Assembly (NCBI GenBank): GCA_020536535.1
Contig: JAHLWZ010000904.1
Span: 1-52,567 of the forward strand
Direction of reading: 5' to 3'
Origin: Pelomyxa schiedti
Lineage: Eukaryota; Protista; Evosea
Length of the DNA stretch: 52,567 nt
A program made the translations under genes and the position numbers. Positions 1-9,952 of this stretch are shown here, in pieces. Below the pieces are notes generated by a model. The model did not search any database and was not told the origin of the DNA. It worked only from the letters and a program-made list of their open reading frames with translations. Positions within the stretch are counted from its first letter, which is position 1. Every line of letters begins with the position of its first letter.

Positions 1-2260
1 CCCCAGCCTCGGCGCCTGCCCGGCCGCCCTCGGACGCCACGCTGCTCGCCCCCCCAGGGCCCCTCTCCCCTCCCGCCCCCGCCCCGCCGCCCCCTCCTGC
101 GCCCCCCCGCCACCACGCCCACCCCCCGCAGCCGCAGCCGCCGCAGATACAAATACAACCACTGGAGCCCCCGGCGCCCCTGCACCTCGGCTCAAGCACC
201 ACCAGCAGCACGAGCACTAGTGCAATTGGCGAGAGAACCCGCAGTACTGGCAGCATCGGTACCAGTGATATGGATGCCATTAGCGGCGGCGGCAGCAGCA
301 GCAGAAGCAGCAGCAGAATCAGTGACAACAACATTGCCATTCCAAAGCACAGGTCCTCTCATATGATGATGGCTGCTTCCTCGGATCCACTCCCGGTACA
401 TCACCAGCACAGGGTCCAGGCTCAGCCGCAGTCGCTGAGGCACCAGCAGGGGCATCATAACCAGAACCTTGGATACGGGGGAGCCTCTGGGCCGCCGCAG
501 TGGGATGGAACACCCCCCCAGGCCACAGGACTTGTGAAGTCTGGATTGGATGGTTTCATAGGCGGCGATGTGGGACCTTTTCCGCTAATGGGTGGTGGTG
601 GAGGCGGGGGCAGTGGCAGCACAAGGGGTGCCCAACAAGGAGGGGGTGGAGGGATTCCATCTGTGTTTTTTGATGTTGGTAGGGCGCCACAGTTTACGCC
701 ATTCCCACAGATGCAACTACCACAGCTCCAGTTGCCAATTCCATTTGGTCTACCTCCAATTGTCACGAGTATAGGAGACTCCCAAGCGTACCCAGGATTG
801 CCAAAAACTGAGGGAATGGGGATGGACCTAAATGCAATCATGAGTCAAGTGGATGCTAGGCAGAGTGCACCTCATAGTCGCTCTGTAAGCACTTACTATG
901 GGAAAGCTCCTTCTACAGACTTTCATCATGGCCATGGTTACCAACGGGATGTGACATCTGGAGTCAGTTCTGTTGTCAGCATGCAACCCACAAATACTAA
1001 ACGTCTGGACTTTGTCAGCAACCCTATTAATCACGCTTTCTCAAGTGAAAAAGCTTCCGCAGTGGATGCTGTGGCTAGGCGTTCTCTCACATCGTTCAAA
1101 AAAAATGGTGGGTTCGACAGAATGAGAACAGAAATATCAAAACTTATTTCTGACTCTGTATGTTCCATGTCACCTGTAGTCATCTAAAGTACCACAGGAA
1201 CTGGAAAAAGAGCTCAAGCAACACATACAACAGATTTGCGAAACTTCCCCTGTACTGGCAAGTGCAAACATTTCTGCTGCCCAAACAAATACCGTAATGA
1301 GAAAGGATTTATTTGCCTCACTCAAAGAAGAAGTTTACCGGTACAGTTACCCCAGCAATTCTTCTCCGAAAATTACTGACCAGACCAAAATAAATTAGCT
1401 CCAAGGTTCTGGCTCGCGTCACAGAGGATTTTACAAATAAAATTCACCAGGCACTCACAACTACACTATCGGAGCAGATGAGAAACCAACTGCGAGACAT
1501 AGTTAGAGCTGAACTTTCTCCAACAACATCACCCCCAACAAAGCGACCACCACATTCCCAGAAACCTTCATCAATACCTACTCAGCCCAAAGCAGCAATT
1601 CTCCCTCCGAAAAATTCCGCAAGTACAAATAAGCCAGATACCCAAGCAAAAACTTCCAGTGCCAGTAAACCAAACTCAACACCAACACAATCAGTCAATC
1701 AACTTTCCGCGAACTCAAATAACACTCCTAATCTCCAAACAGGTCAGGATCCACCAAGTCAACAAAATCCCTCACAACATCACACTCAAACAACAACCAC
1801 CACAACAATTACAGCAGCAGCAACTACTAGTAATAGTAGCACTCTCTCACACACAGGATCGGGTCTGAACTCTGCCACTACACCCACAGAGCCTCTTCGA
1901 AAACGGGCAAAGTTCCACAATTTGCAAGTTGCAACACCCACAATCACCGGCACCCACAGTAGCAGTTGTACTACTTCTATAAGCAACTCACAGGAATCCA
2001 TAGAACCGCAAATAAAACCAGAGGAGGATCAAAAAGAACAGGAACAACGGGAACAAAAACAACCACCAAAAAAAGTAGAGAAAGAATCACAAGATACAGA
2101 GGAACCAAGCACAGCAACAACCAGAGCGGAAGAGAATCCAACTAGTGACACAAAGAAAAGTGTCACAGACAAGATAGAGACCACCGCAACACCACAAACT
2201 AATGAAGTAATACAAATCCCTCCTCACCGCACTACTTGGTCCAAAAGACGTAAACTTTGA
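1..2260 (+). CDS. Shg1/BOD1 (COMPASS-associated) domain protein, 5'-partial, low-complexity N- and C-terminal regions
   Basis: The frame of ORF 270..1187 stays open upstream to the window start. Splicing two short introns (~1158 and ~1341) gives 'SLTSFKKNGGFDRMRTEISKLISDS-ELEKELKQHIQQI...RKDLFASLKEEVYR-SKVLARV', which resembles the Shg1/BOD1 motif (FKxxGxFDxxR). It continues into ORF 1478..2260. Confidence 0.6.
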
Positions 2261-2342
2261 ATGTATGAATAACCTCAAGTATGAAAGGCGAAGGTTACTT
2301 CATTTCATTTTATTTGTACTTTCTCGTTCGTACCCTTCAGTT

Positions 2343-3253
2343 TCACGGGTACCAGTCCAAGTCCACGCCTATTTATAAAGTCACAAGAGAAACTTATATG
2401 CGGAAACACACTTTGGTTGCACAGCGACGTGGTTCCTTCATACTGCTTGACACCTAGAAATATGTTTATATTTGCTTCCAAGAAAGAAAGAGGAAAGCAA
2501 ACACACTTGGAGTTGTCCATCCGCCAAAGGCCACGTAGTCAGAGAACGAGGGGTTGTTGTCATAGTGAGCATACCACAGTGGATAGGCAGCACCGCCGGT
2601 GTAGCTGGAGCCCATAATTGGCTGCCACTGGCTCTTGCTGGTATACACGCCGATAGTTACACCCATGGATTTGGCCTGGGCAACCAAGCTTGTGAAGAAG
2701 TTCTGGTTTGCACTTGTGCTGTTTCCCCAGTAGGTCCCCGGCCCTTCCACATCAAACCACATCATTCCATACTTGACGGAATTTGACGTAAGATACTGAA
2801 CCGATGTAGAAACCTGTCCCCTGCACAAATGGCAATAAGTAACTAAGCCTCAACAATATGAACTTTTCTAAACATGAAAATAAAAATAAGACAAGATATA
2901 TTTCAAAATGGTACAGCTAGTAATCGACAGCGCTTTATTTATATTATGGGAGCCACATATATAGAAATGGCCGTTACTCACGCGGGGTCTCCACACGAGA
3001 AGCAGGGGAAGAAGTACACGTCGAAGTATGACATGCCGCCGTTCCAGGCCGCTTTGGACGAGGCCACCACGGCCGTGTCGACCTCCCCGTTGGAGCGGAA
3101 GCACCGGGAGACCGTGAAGTGGTAGCCCTTGCTCACAAGGCACTCCGCGTTGGCCTCCACCAGGGTGCTTGACATGTCGATCCCGCTGTAGCAGTAGACC
3201 TGCTCCAGTCCCACTAGGCACACCAGTACAATACCAACGACACACAACCGCAT
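2343..3253 (-). CDS. Secreted GH25 lysozyme (amoeba/nematode Lys-type muramidase)
   Basis: Signal peptide MRLCVVGIVLVCLVGL, then GIDMS, DVYFFPC, WFDVEG, IGVYTSKSQW, LWYAHYDNNPSFSDYVAFGGWTTP, KQYEGT and a C-terminal VDLDWYP*. Three introns. Confidence 0.9.
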
Positions 3254-3366
3254 TCTTTCGGTTTTTGTTTTTTTCGATTGGTCTGTATCTTACTTGAACA
3301 GATCGTTCTCATTTCAGTCAACAAGGAGAGAAACAAAAAAACAAACGATTGGAACAACAAAAAAAA

Positions 3367-4463
3367 ATGGCGAAGGTGTTCATCACGCGACTGCTTCCGG
3401 AGCCTACAATGCAGCGTTTCCGTTCGTGCAAACTCATAGGAGACCTTAAGGTGAGTCCTCACGATCGAGTACTCACAAAGGAAGGCAAGCCAATCCCCGC
3501 GCCGCTTTCGCCCCACCACGCACCCCGACCCATAATCACCAAACACCCACAACAGAGCTCGCGGAGGGCATCCAGTGGTGCGACGTCGCCGTGACCCAGC
3601 TGACCGACGCTGTCGACGACTCCGTCCTGGCCCTGAACCCGCGCCTCAGGCTCGTCGCCAACTACGCGGTCGGCTACAACAACATCGACGCGGCGTCGGC
3701 GCGCCGCCGCGGCGTGCTCGTCAGCAACACCCCGGGCGTCCTGACCGACGCCACCGCGGACCTCGCCTTCTCCCTGCTGCTCGCGTGCGCCCGCAACGTC
3801 GTCTCTGGCGAGCGCTACCTCCGCGACGGCCGCTGGCGCTCCTGGGCCCCGACGCTGCTGCTCGGCGCCGACGTGCACCACAAGGTCCTCGGCGTCGTCG
3901 GCATGGGCCGCATCGGCGCCGCCGTCGCGCGCCGCGCGCTGGGCTTCGCCATGCGCGTCGTCTACTGCGACGCCCGCGACGCCGCCGCCGTCGCCGAGGC
4001 CGCGGCGCTGGGCGGGGGGCCCGCCGACGGCGGCGCCCTCAGGGCCGCCGTGGCCGCGTCGACCAGGATGCCCCTGGACGACCTGCTGCGCTGCAGCGAC
4101 TTTGTGAGCTTGCACGTGCCGCTGACCCCCGAGACGAGGGGCATGCTGGGCGCCGAGAGGCTGGCGCTGATGAAGCCCACCGCGTTCTTGATCAACACAG
4201 CCCGCGGGGCCGTGGTCGACGAGGCGGCGCTGTGCCGGGCGCTCAGGTCCGGCGCCATTGCCGGGGTCGGGCTGGATGTGTATGAGAACGAGCCTGCCAT
4301 CAGCGAGGAGCTGCTGCAGTGCACTAGGGAGTTTGGGAGCTGCGTTCTGGTGCCGCACATTGGGAGTGCCACTTTGGAAACAAGGTGTGCTATGGGAGAC
4401 CTGGTGTTTGAAAACGTCGTGGCCTGTCTGGAAAACAAGCCACTACCAACACGCATACCCTAA
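3367..4463 (+). CDS. D-isomer 2-hydroxyacid dehydrogenase (glyoxylate reductase / D-glycerate dehydrogenase, GyaR-like)
   Basis: MAKVFITR..., AVGYNNID, NTPGVLTDATAD, GxGxxG (GMGRIG), SLHVPL, LINTARG, GLDVYENEP, PHIGSAT. One intron at 3485-3555. Confidence 0.93.
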
Positions 4464-4516
4464 AAGAAAAAGCTTCATTTTTGCCATTTGAAAAGTTTTG
4501 GTATTCAAAATTTTCT

Positions 4517-6203
4517 TCAAATATTCCTTTTAGAACCGCAGGAGTGGTTACAGGGTACTCTGTTATTCACCTTTCTGAATTTGTATTCTGCCGTAGATGT
4601 TAATTTAATTTGTTGTATGGCAAAACAACCTGGGTCTTGTGGTTGCAGAATGTTGAGCTTCAAACTCCACTTCCACTTGGTGCAGCAATTCAGCAAGGGA
4701 ATTATAGACTGCATGAGAAGAGCCATGGGATACGGTCATTGACACATTCGCCTTCTTCAACCAGAAGAAAGCTTTTTCTGTGTGCTCGAGGTACCACTCA
4801 AGTTTGCCCATCATGAAGTATTGCAATCCCCGAAGAGGCCAGTAGTTGGGGTAGAGGTCTGTCGGTACATAAGTATTGTATAAGGTTTCAAATCAATTCA
4901 CAATCGTAAATGGCTATCGTTTTGGCACAGTACCGGGAGGCCGCGGTAAAATCCTGCCAAAGTGTAAGATTGGTTTCAGAGAAAGTGTACCTTGATGTCG
5001 ATACAAAAAGAAACAAGCGAATTCAGAGTTGACAAGAGTTGCACATTGTGAGGGTGCAATAATTTCCTCTGAATATCAAATGCAGCAACGAGAAAATCTC
5101 TTTTGGTGGAATCTGGGATATTCACACCTGTTTAATCTGGTTTGTAAGGGAGAAAATTAAAAAGGTGAGTGTAGTGCATGAGTTTGTTTCTGGCATACCA
5201 CAAGCTTGCTGTAGCAACCGAAGTGACATTTCTTTCTTCTCCATTAAGCTGGAGTACGGTCCATGTGCCACTCTACAGGAGAGGCAAGCCGCTTCAGATT
5301 TCTCGGAAGTTTCTGGAATAGCACCGTTGCACCCAGGGTTTGTACAGCGGTAGCCAGAGAGCTCCACAGTGCGAGACCCCTCATACTATCTCAGAAAATG
5401 AGTGAAGAAAGAAAGCTTACAGGATTTAAATCTTCAATGCACTGGTCACACTTACATAGAAATGCAAAGTTATTCATGAGTTCCTCTCTTCGCTGTTGGA
5501 CTGTAGCACCAAGTTCAATATAAGTCACAGTAAGCTACAAATATTGTTGGTATAAGGTCACTTTTCTTTGCAATACCTCAGTTCCCGCAGTAATAGGCTC
5601 TATGGCTCTTACAAAGACTGTGTCCCCTTCAAACACTGTCACACAATTCGGCTTACAGGAGTGATTAATGATTGCCGCTAATGGATACAACCCAACTCCT
5701 ATTGGCTGGAAGTCATCATTGGAGATATTGAAAGCATTGGTTTCCAACTGCAACAAAGTGAATTATGACTGGGCTAGCAGAGACCAACCTTGGCAAGGAT
5801 CTGAACAAGTTCAGATGCTGGAACTCTGAGATCTTCTCCAAGAAATTCGTACGCCATAACCGACATGGCCATGTACCTTTCTGACCTGGAGGAATCATTG
5901 GGGTCCACATCTAACAACATCACCGCAATGCAAGATAAGAATACAAATTACTTGGTTTCAAGGTGGCTACATCATCCCAAGAAAGGGAAGGCACCGCGGG
6001 AATAACACCTTGCATTTCCAACTTCCGCCTACACAACAAGCGATAGCACAGTATTACAGTGTCCGGGGGTCTCTTTTGTACAGGCAAAGCTGCTAACCTT
6101 GCACACTCGTATTTGTGAAACGCCCACATTTTTTCCTTCATTCAAGTTACAAATAAAAATAAAAAGCGCAATTCCATTAAACAAAAAGGAAAAGGTACAT
6201 AGC

Positions 6204-6236
<33 letters not shown>

Positions 6237-6537
6237 AACAAACAGCCAAAAACCAGTGAACGTTATCCCAAACACGCACTTGGCACTTCTGGGAACAGAA
6301 GTAAGCCCACTTGCAGGCGGAGCAGCGGCGGCACTCCTGCTGGCGCCAGCAGCCCTGGCACGTCGTGGTCCTGCGCCGCTCCCTCACCACCGCCGCGTAC
6401 GGCGCGCACCGCAGGACCACGTCCCCGCGCCCGATGGGCCTCGTGGCCACCGCCGCCCTGCCCTTCTCCACAACCCCCTCCGCCACATCGAATGGCACCC
6501 CTGATTGTGGAAGTGCTGCTGCTCTTGCGGCTGACAT
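4517..6537 (-). CDS. SET and MYND domain lysine methyltransferase (SMYD family) with C-terminal TPR-like region
   Basis: GRAAVATRPI (SET-N), MYND CxxC...CSACKWAYFCSQKCQ...WAFHKYEC, GVGLYPLAAIINHSCKPNC, post-SET FLCKCDQC. Multi-exon. Confidence 0.9.
6203..6240. repeat. (CAA)n microsatellite within an SMYD intron
   Basis: About 11 consecutive caa units are visible. They produce the poly-N, poly-C and poly-L runs in the ORF track. Confidence 0.9.
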
Positions 6538-6862
6538 GTCGCAATCGGAGGTAAAAAACAAGGCTCCAAGGGTAGTTTGATATGACCCGTGTCGCAGCTG
6601 CAGCTGTCTTGAAGGACCAACAGCGTGGATGGTTGGTTGTAGGAGTTGCGTGGGAGAACTTGCAAACCCAGTTCTTCAATCCTCCCCTGTGATTGATTTC
6701 ACGGATTGGTTGAAAAATTTGGGTTTCGCGCCAAATTTTTTTGGTTTTTAAGGAAAAAAAAAGACAACAAAAATTAAAAAAAAAAAATAACCAGGATGCG
6801 GACATGGAAGGGAAAGCATAAGGTGCGACAGTCACATTGAGAAGCATATACAACACACTTGT

Positions 6863-7026
6863 GAGCATTTGGGAGCAGCAAAGTGGAGCATTTGGGAGAA
6901 TTTGGAGCGGTGCATTTGGGAGCATTTGGGAGCATTTGGAGCGGTGCACTTGGAGCTGGGAGTTTTGGGTGGTGGCAGCATGCATTTGGGGGATAGCAGC
7001 AAGCAGCATGGGCAGGCATAGTTTGG
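6863..7026. repeat. Degenerate ~10-bp tandem repeat, consensus GAGCATTTGG
   Basis: Exact copies at 6863, 6886, 6920 and 6930, plus variants (gagaatttgg, gtgcatttgg, gtgcacttgg, atgcatttgg). Confidence 0.8.
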
Positions 7027-7329
7027 AGTGCAAGGCAACTGATAGATAATACAGGCGGGGGAAAATATTATTAATGCCTCGTGCTCAGCACCACCCTCAC
7101 TCAAATGTTTTGCTTTTCCTCTCCTTTTTGTGTTGCGCCGGTTGGGGTGTTTTGGTGACGGTTCGGCCCTGAAACGCCCTCCGCCCTTCCCTCGCAACGG
7201 AAACACCTTCCTTTAAAATCAAAAAGTCTGTGATTGGCGGAAAAAAAAGAAGAATAGCTGGGTGATGAGGAGTTAATTTGCCGGCAGTGATATCTCATGA
7301 TCATATCTGCTGCGGAATCGGAAGCCAAC

Positions 7330-8100
7330 ACGAGGAGATAATCTGTTCCAGGGCAAGGAGGAATCCACCAGGGAACAAAAAAGCGAGACTGAGACCAAAG
7401 TTAGTCAGGCTCACTTGGTTGTGCTTGAACATGCACGTCGGCCTGTGTGCAAGCCGTACTGGCATTCGGTAACAACTTCGGGGCAAGAGATGCTACTGGG
7501 GGACAGTGAGCCAACAATAATGGAAAGTAGGCTGTCATACATGTGCCCTCAGGCTTTTCAGTCGGAGAAATGCTATTCGTCGCGCGATCGCAGTGCCTGT
7601 ATGATCCCATATCTACCGAAACTCTGATTAGACGAAATAAAATACAGTAGTGTCTAACAACCTTGGCATTCCCACGTTCTTCAATCAGTATGTTTGGCGG
7701 TTTAAAGTCTTTATATAAGTACAGGAGGGAAGATAAAATACACACTTACCTTGTACAACGAAGACCTGGTAATGCAAATATAAGCCTGCACGTGCCTAAT
7801 GTGACGGCAAGAAGGGAGGGAAATTGGTGCGTTCCTTCCTTCAGGCGGCCAACAGAAATGGAAATTTTAAGATTAATGATGTCTATAATTGGCAGGAGGC
7901 CTCTCATGCAGGGTGTCAGCCTCGATAAGAAGACTGTTGAGATCACACTGAAGCAACTCAAAGACCAGCAGTTGACAGGGCATAAGACATAGGGTGAGTG
8001 TTGATGATGGGTTCTCCTCAGATCCGCAGTCAATAGTTGTTGTACCAAAAAACCGTCAGCAAGCGTATTTCATTGTGTTGAACTGTGCTTGGGTGCTGCC
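7330..8100 (-). pseudogene. Decayed protein kinase remnant(s)
   Basis: Fragments GLYLHYQVFVVQ|DFKPPNILIEERGNAKV (catalytic loop with the HRD degraded), VDMG and SLTNFGLS lie in different frames. No intact kinase ORF can be assembled. Confidence 0.55.
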
Positions 8101-8290
8101 TACGTAATATTAGGGACGTAACACGACGAGTCACCGTAGCGGTTGTCCTCACGTATTTGTGGTGGACTACTACTGTGGTGGGTCGTTGTGGCGAATACAC
8201 TTCATAGAAGCAGTTTAGAGGTGCCTCTTGGGGAAGAGATTTTGAAAAACGGACGTTTGTTGATTGATTGGCGTTTCAACAGTTGAAACG

Positions 8291-8579
8291 ATGGACAAGG
8301 TAGCGCTGCTCGTTTCAAAGCCGCATTGCCCTCCGAAATGTTGATTGATCTAACGCCGTTTGTGTGTGTTGACAGGAAAAAAAAGCCGGCGCGGGGCAGA
8401 CCAGAGTCAGGGCGATGTTTGACTACACGGGCCAGGAGGACAGTGAGCTTTCGTTCGTGGAGGGAGATATCATCCTAGTGGAGAACAAAGACCCGAGCGG
8501 GTGGTGGAAGGGAACCCTTGGTGCCGGCGGCAAATCTGGCTTGTTCCCATCAAACTATGTGGAGATCATTGGTAACTGA
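8291..8579 (+). CDS. Small lone-SH3-domain protein (~70 aa)
   Basis: ATG at 8291 (MDK), intron 8300-8375, then EKKAGAGQTRVRAMFDYTGQEDSELSFVEGDIILVENKDPSGWWKGTLGAGGKSGLFPSNYVEII. A short extra 3' exon to ~8655 is possible. Not in the ORF track. Confidence 0.85.
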
Positions 8580-8814
8580 TTTGATTTATGAGGAACCACA
8601 AACCCACATCACTTCAACCTCATCAGAACCTCCACAATTCCTGATGAATAGATAGAATTGAGCTTAAGTTTCTTGTGCAATCTTGGGGCAGTACAGGTGG
8701 TGTTTGGGTGGGAGTCATCTTGTGCCTTGTATCCAATACCTTGAACCTCCAAAGAAAGGCTTTTTGATCACTCGAGAGAAGCCTTTTTTTGGTGAGTCAC
8801 ACTAGAAATTCTCG

Positions 8815-9878
8815 ATGACGGTCACGCGGCGGGTTGTTGTTGGTGTGTTCGTGGGGTTGTTTTTGATTGTGGGAGTGTGCCGTGGGGCCAAGACTACGAC
8901 GCCGTCCGACGATGACGACGACGCGGCGGCCGACGTTGTGACTTGTGGGAGCACCATTAAGCTGAGGCACGCGAGTACCAACTATCGGTTGCACTCCCAC
9001 AAGGTTACTTATGGGAGCGGATCGGGCCAGCAGTCCGTCACTGGCTTCCCTGAATTCGATGACCCAAACAGGTACGCTTTTTCGAGGACTCCCATAATCA
9101 TTGTTGAAATGGCAGGGTGATAAACGTGGCACTGCGTTTTATTTAAATAGTATTCTATGATTTATTTGGCCTCATTTTTATGTTAGCTAATTCATTTCTC
9201 CCTATTAGTCTGTGGACAATCCATGGTGGAAAAGATGGCTCCTGTCCTCGTGGGTACGTAAGTTAATTCCCTTTGTTCAGCCAATCTCATAGCTGAGTTT
9301 TATCCTCCAAAAAAAGCAAGCAGATAAAGAACGGAGATGTTATCAGATTAATGCACGCACAGACTAAAAAGAACCTCCATAGCCACTTACATCAGTCGCC
9401 ACTCACCCACCAACAGGAGGTGAGCTGCTACGGGGATAACGGAGTGGGTGATTCAGGTACAGTGAAAGCTTAGTGACACTTCCCGTGACCCTATCCCAGG
9501 TGATATGTGGGTAGTGGAGACACAAGACAAAGGGCCTTGGAAACGATCCGCTCCTGTATGTTCTTCCAAGAGTTCTCCACGGTTTCAATAAACTAATCAT
9601 ACCAAAAAGATTCGTTTTAAACATGCCGATACTGGGATGTATTTGTATGCTACTTCCCAAGCAAAGGTAAAGCATACCCCTGTCTATACCATTAAATAAG
9701 CTGACTGAATTTTCAATTGTGTAAACCAGTTTGGCAATCCCATCCCCGGCCAGTTGGAAGTCAGTGCTGTTAAGCATTCTGATCCTAACTCACTGTGGAA
9801 CACTGCAGTATGGAAGCTTCACCTTCAAAACTCTCTGACCAATTACAGGAAGGTTTCTATTTCCCCGTTGAAAAATAA
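8815..9878 (+). CDS. SDF2: Stromal cell-derived factor 2-like ER protein (MIR domains)
   Basis: Signal peptide, then VTCGSTIKL, LHSHKVTYGSGSGQQSVTG, IRLMHAQTKKNLHSH, FGNPIPGQLEV and EGFYF. Several short introns. Confidence 0.92.
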
Positions 9879-9952
9879 ATCCCTTTCTTTTCTCTTTTTT
9901 TTTGAGTCTCAACTGTGGTGAGGTGTGATTTTCCCCTGCGCCACACCAACTC

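Noticed and set aside
3459-4456. Overlapping 299, 236 and 164 aa ORFs over the dehydrogenase
   Set aside because: An artefact of very high GC3 suppressing stops in alternative frames; no recognisable motifs.
6863-7026. CRISPR-like array
   Set aside because: The units are ~10 bp, degenerate and mostly abutting, with no unique spacers and no cas genes. The context is eukaryotic.
6263-7033. 256-aa - strand ORF
   Set aside because: It is a composite of the repeat cluster, A/T tracts and an off-frame read of SMYD exon 1.
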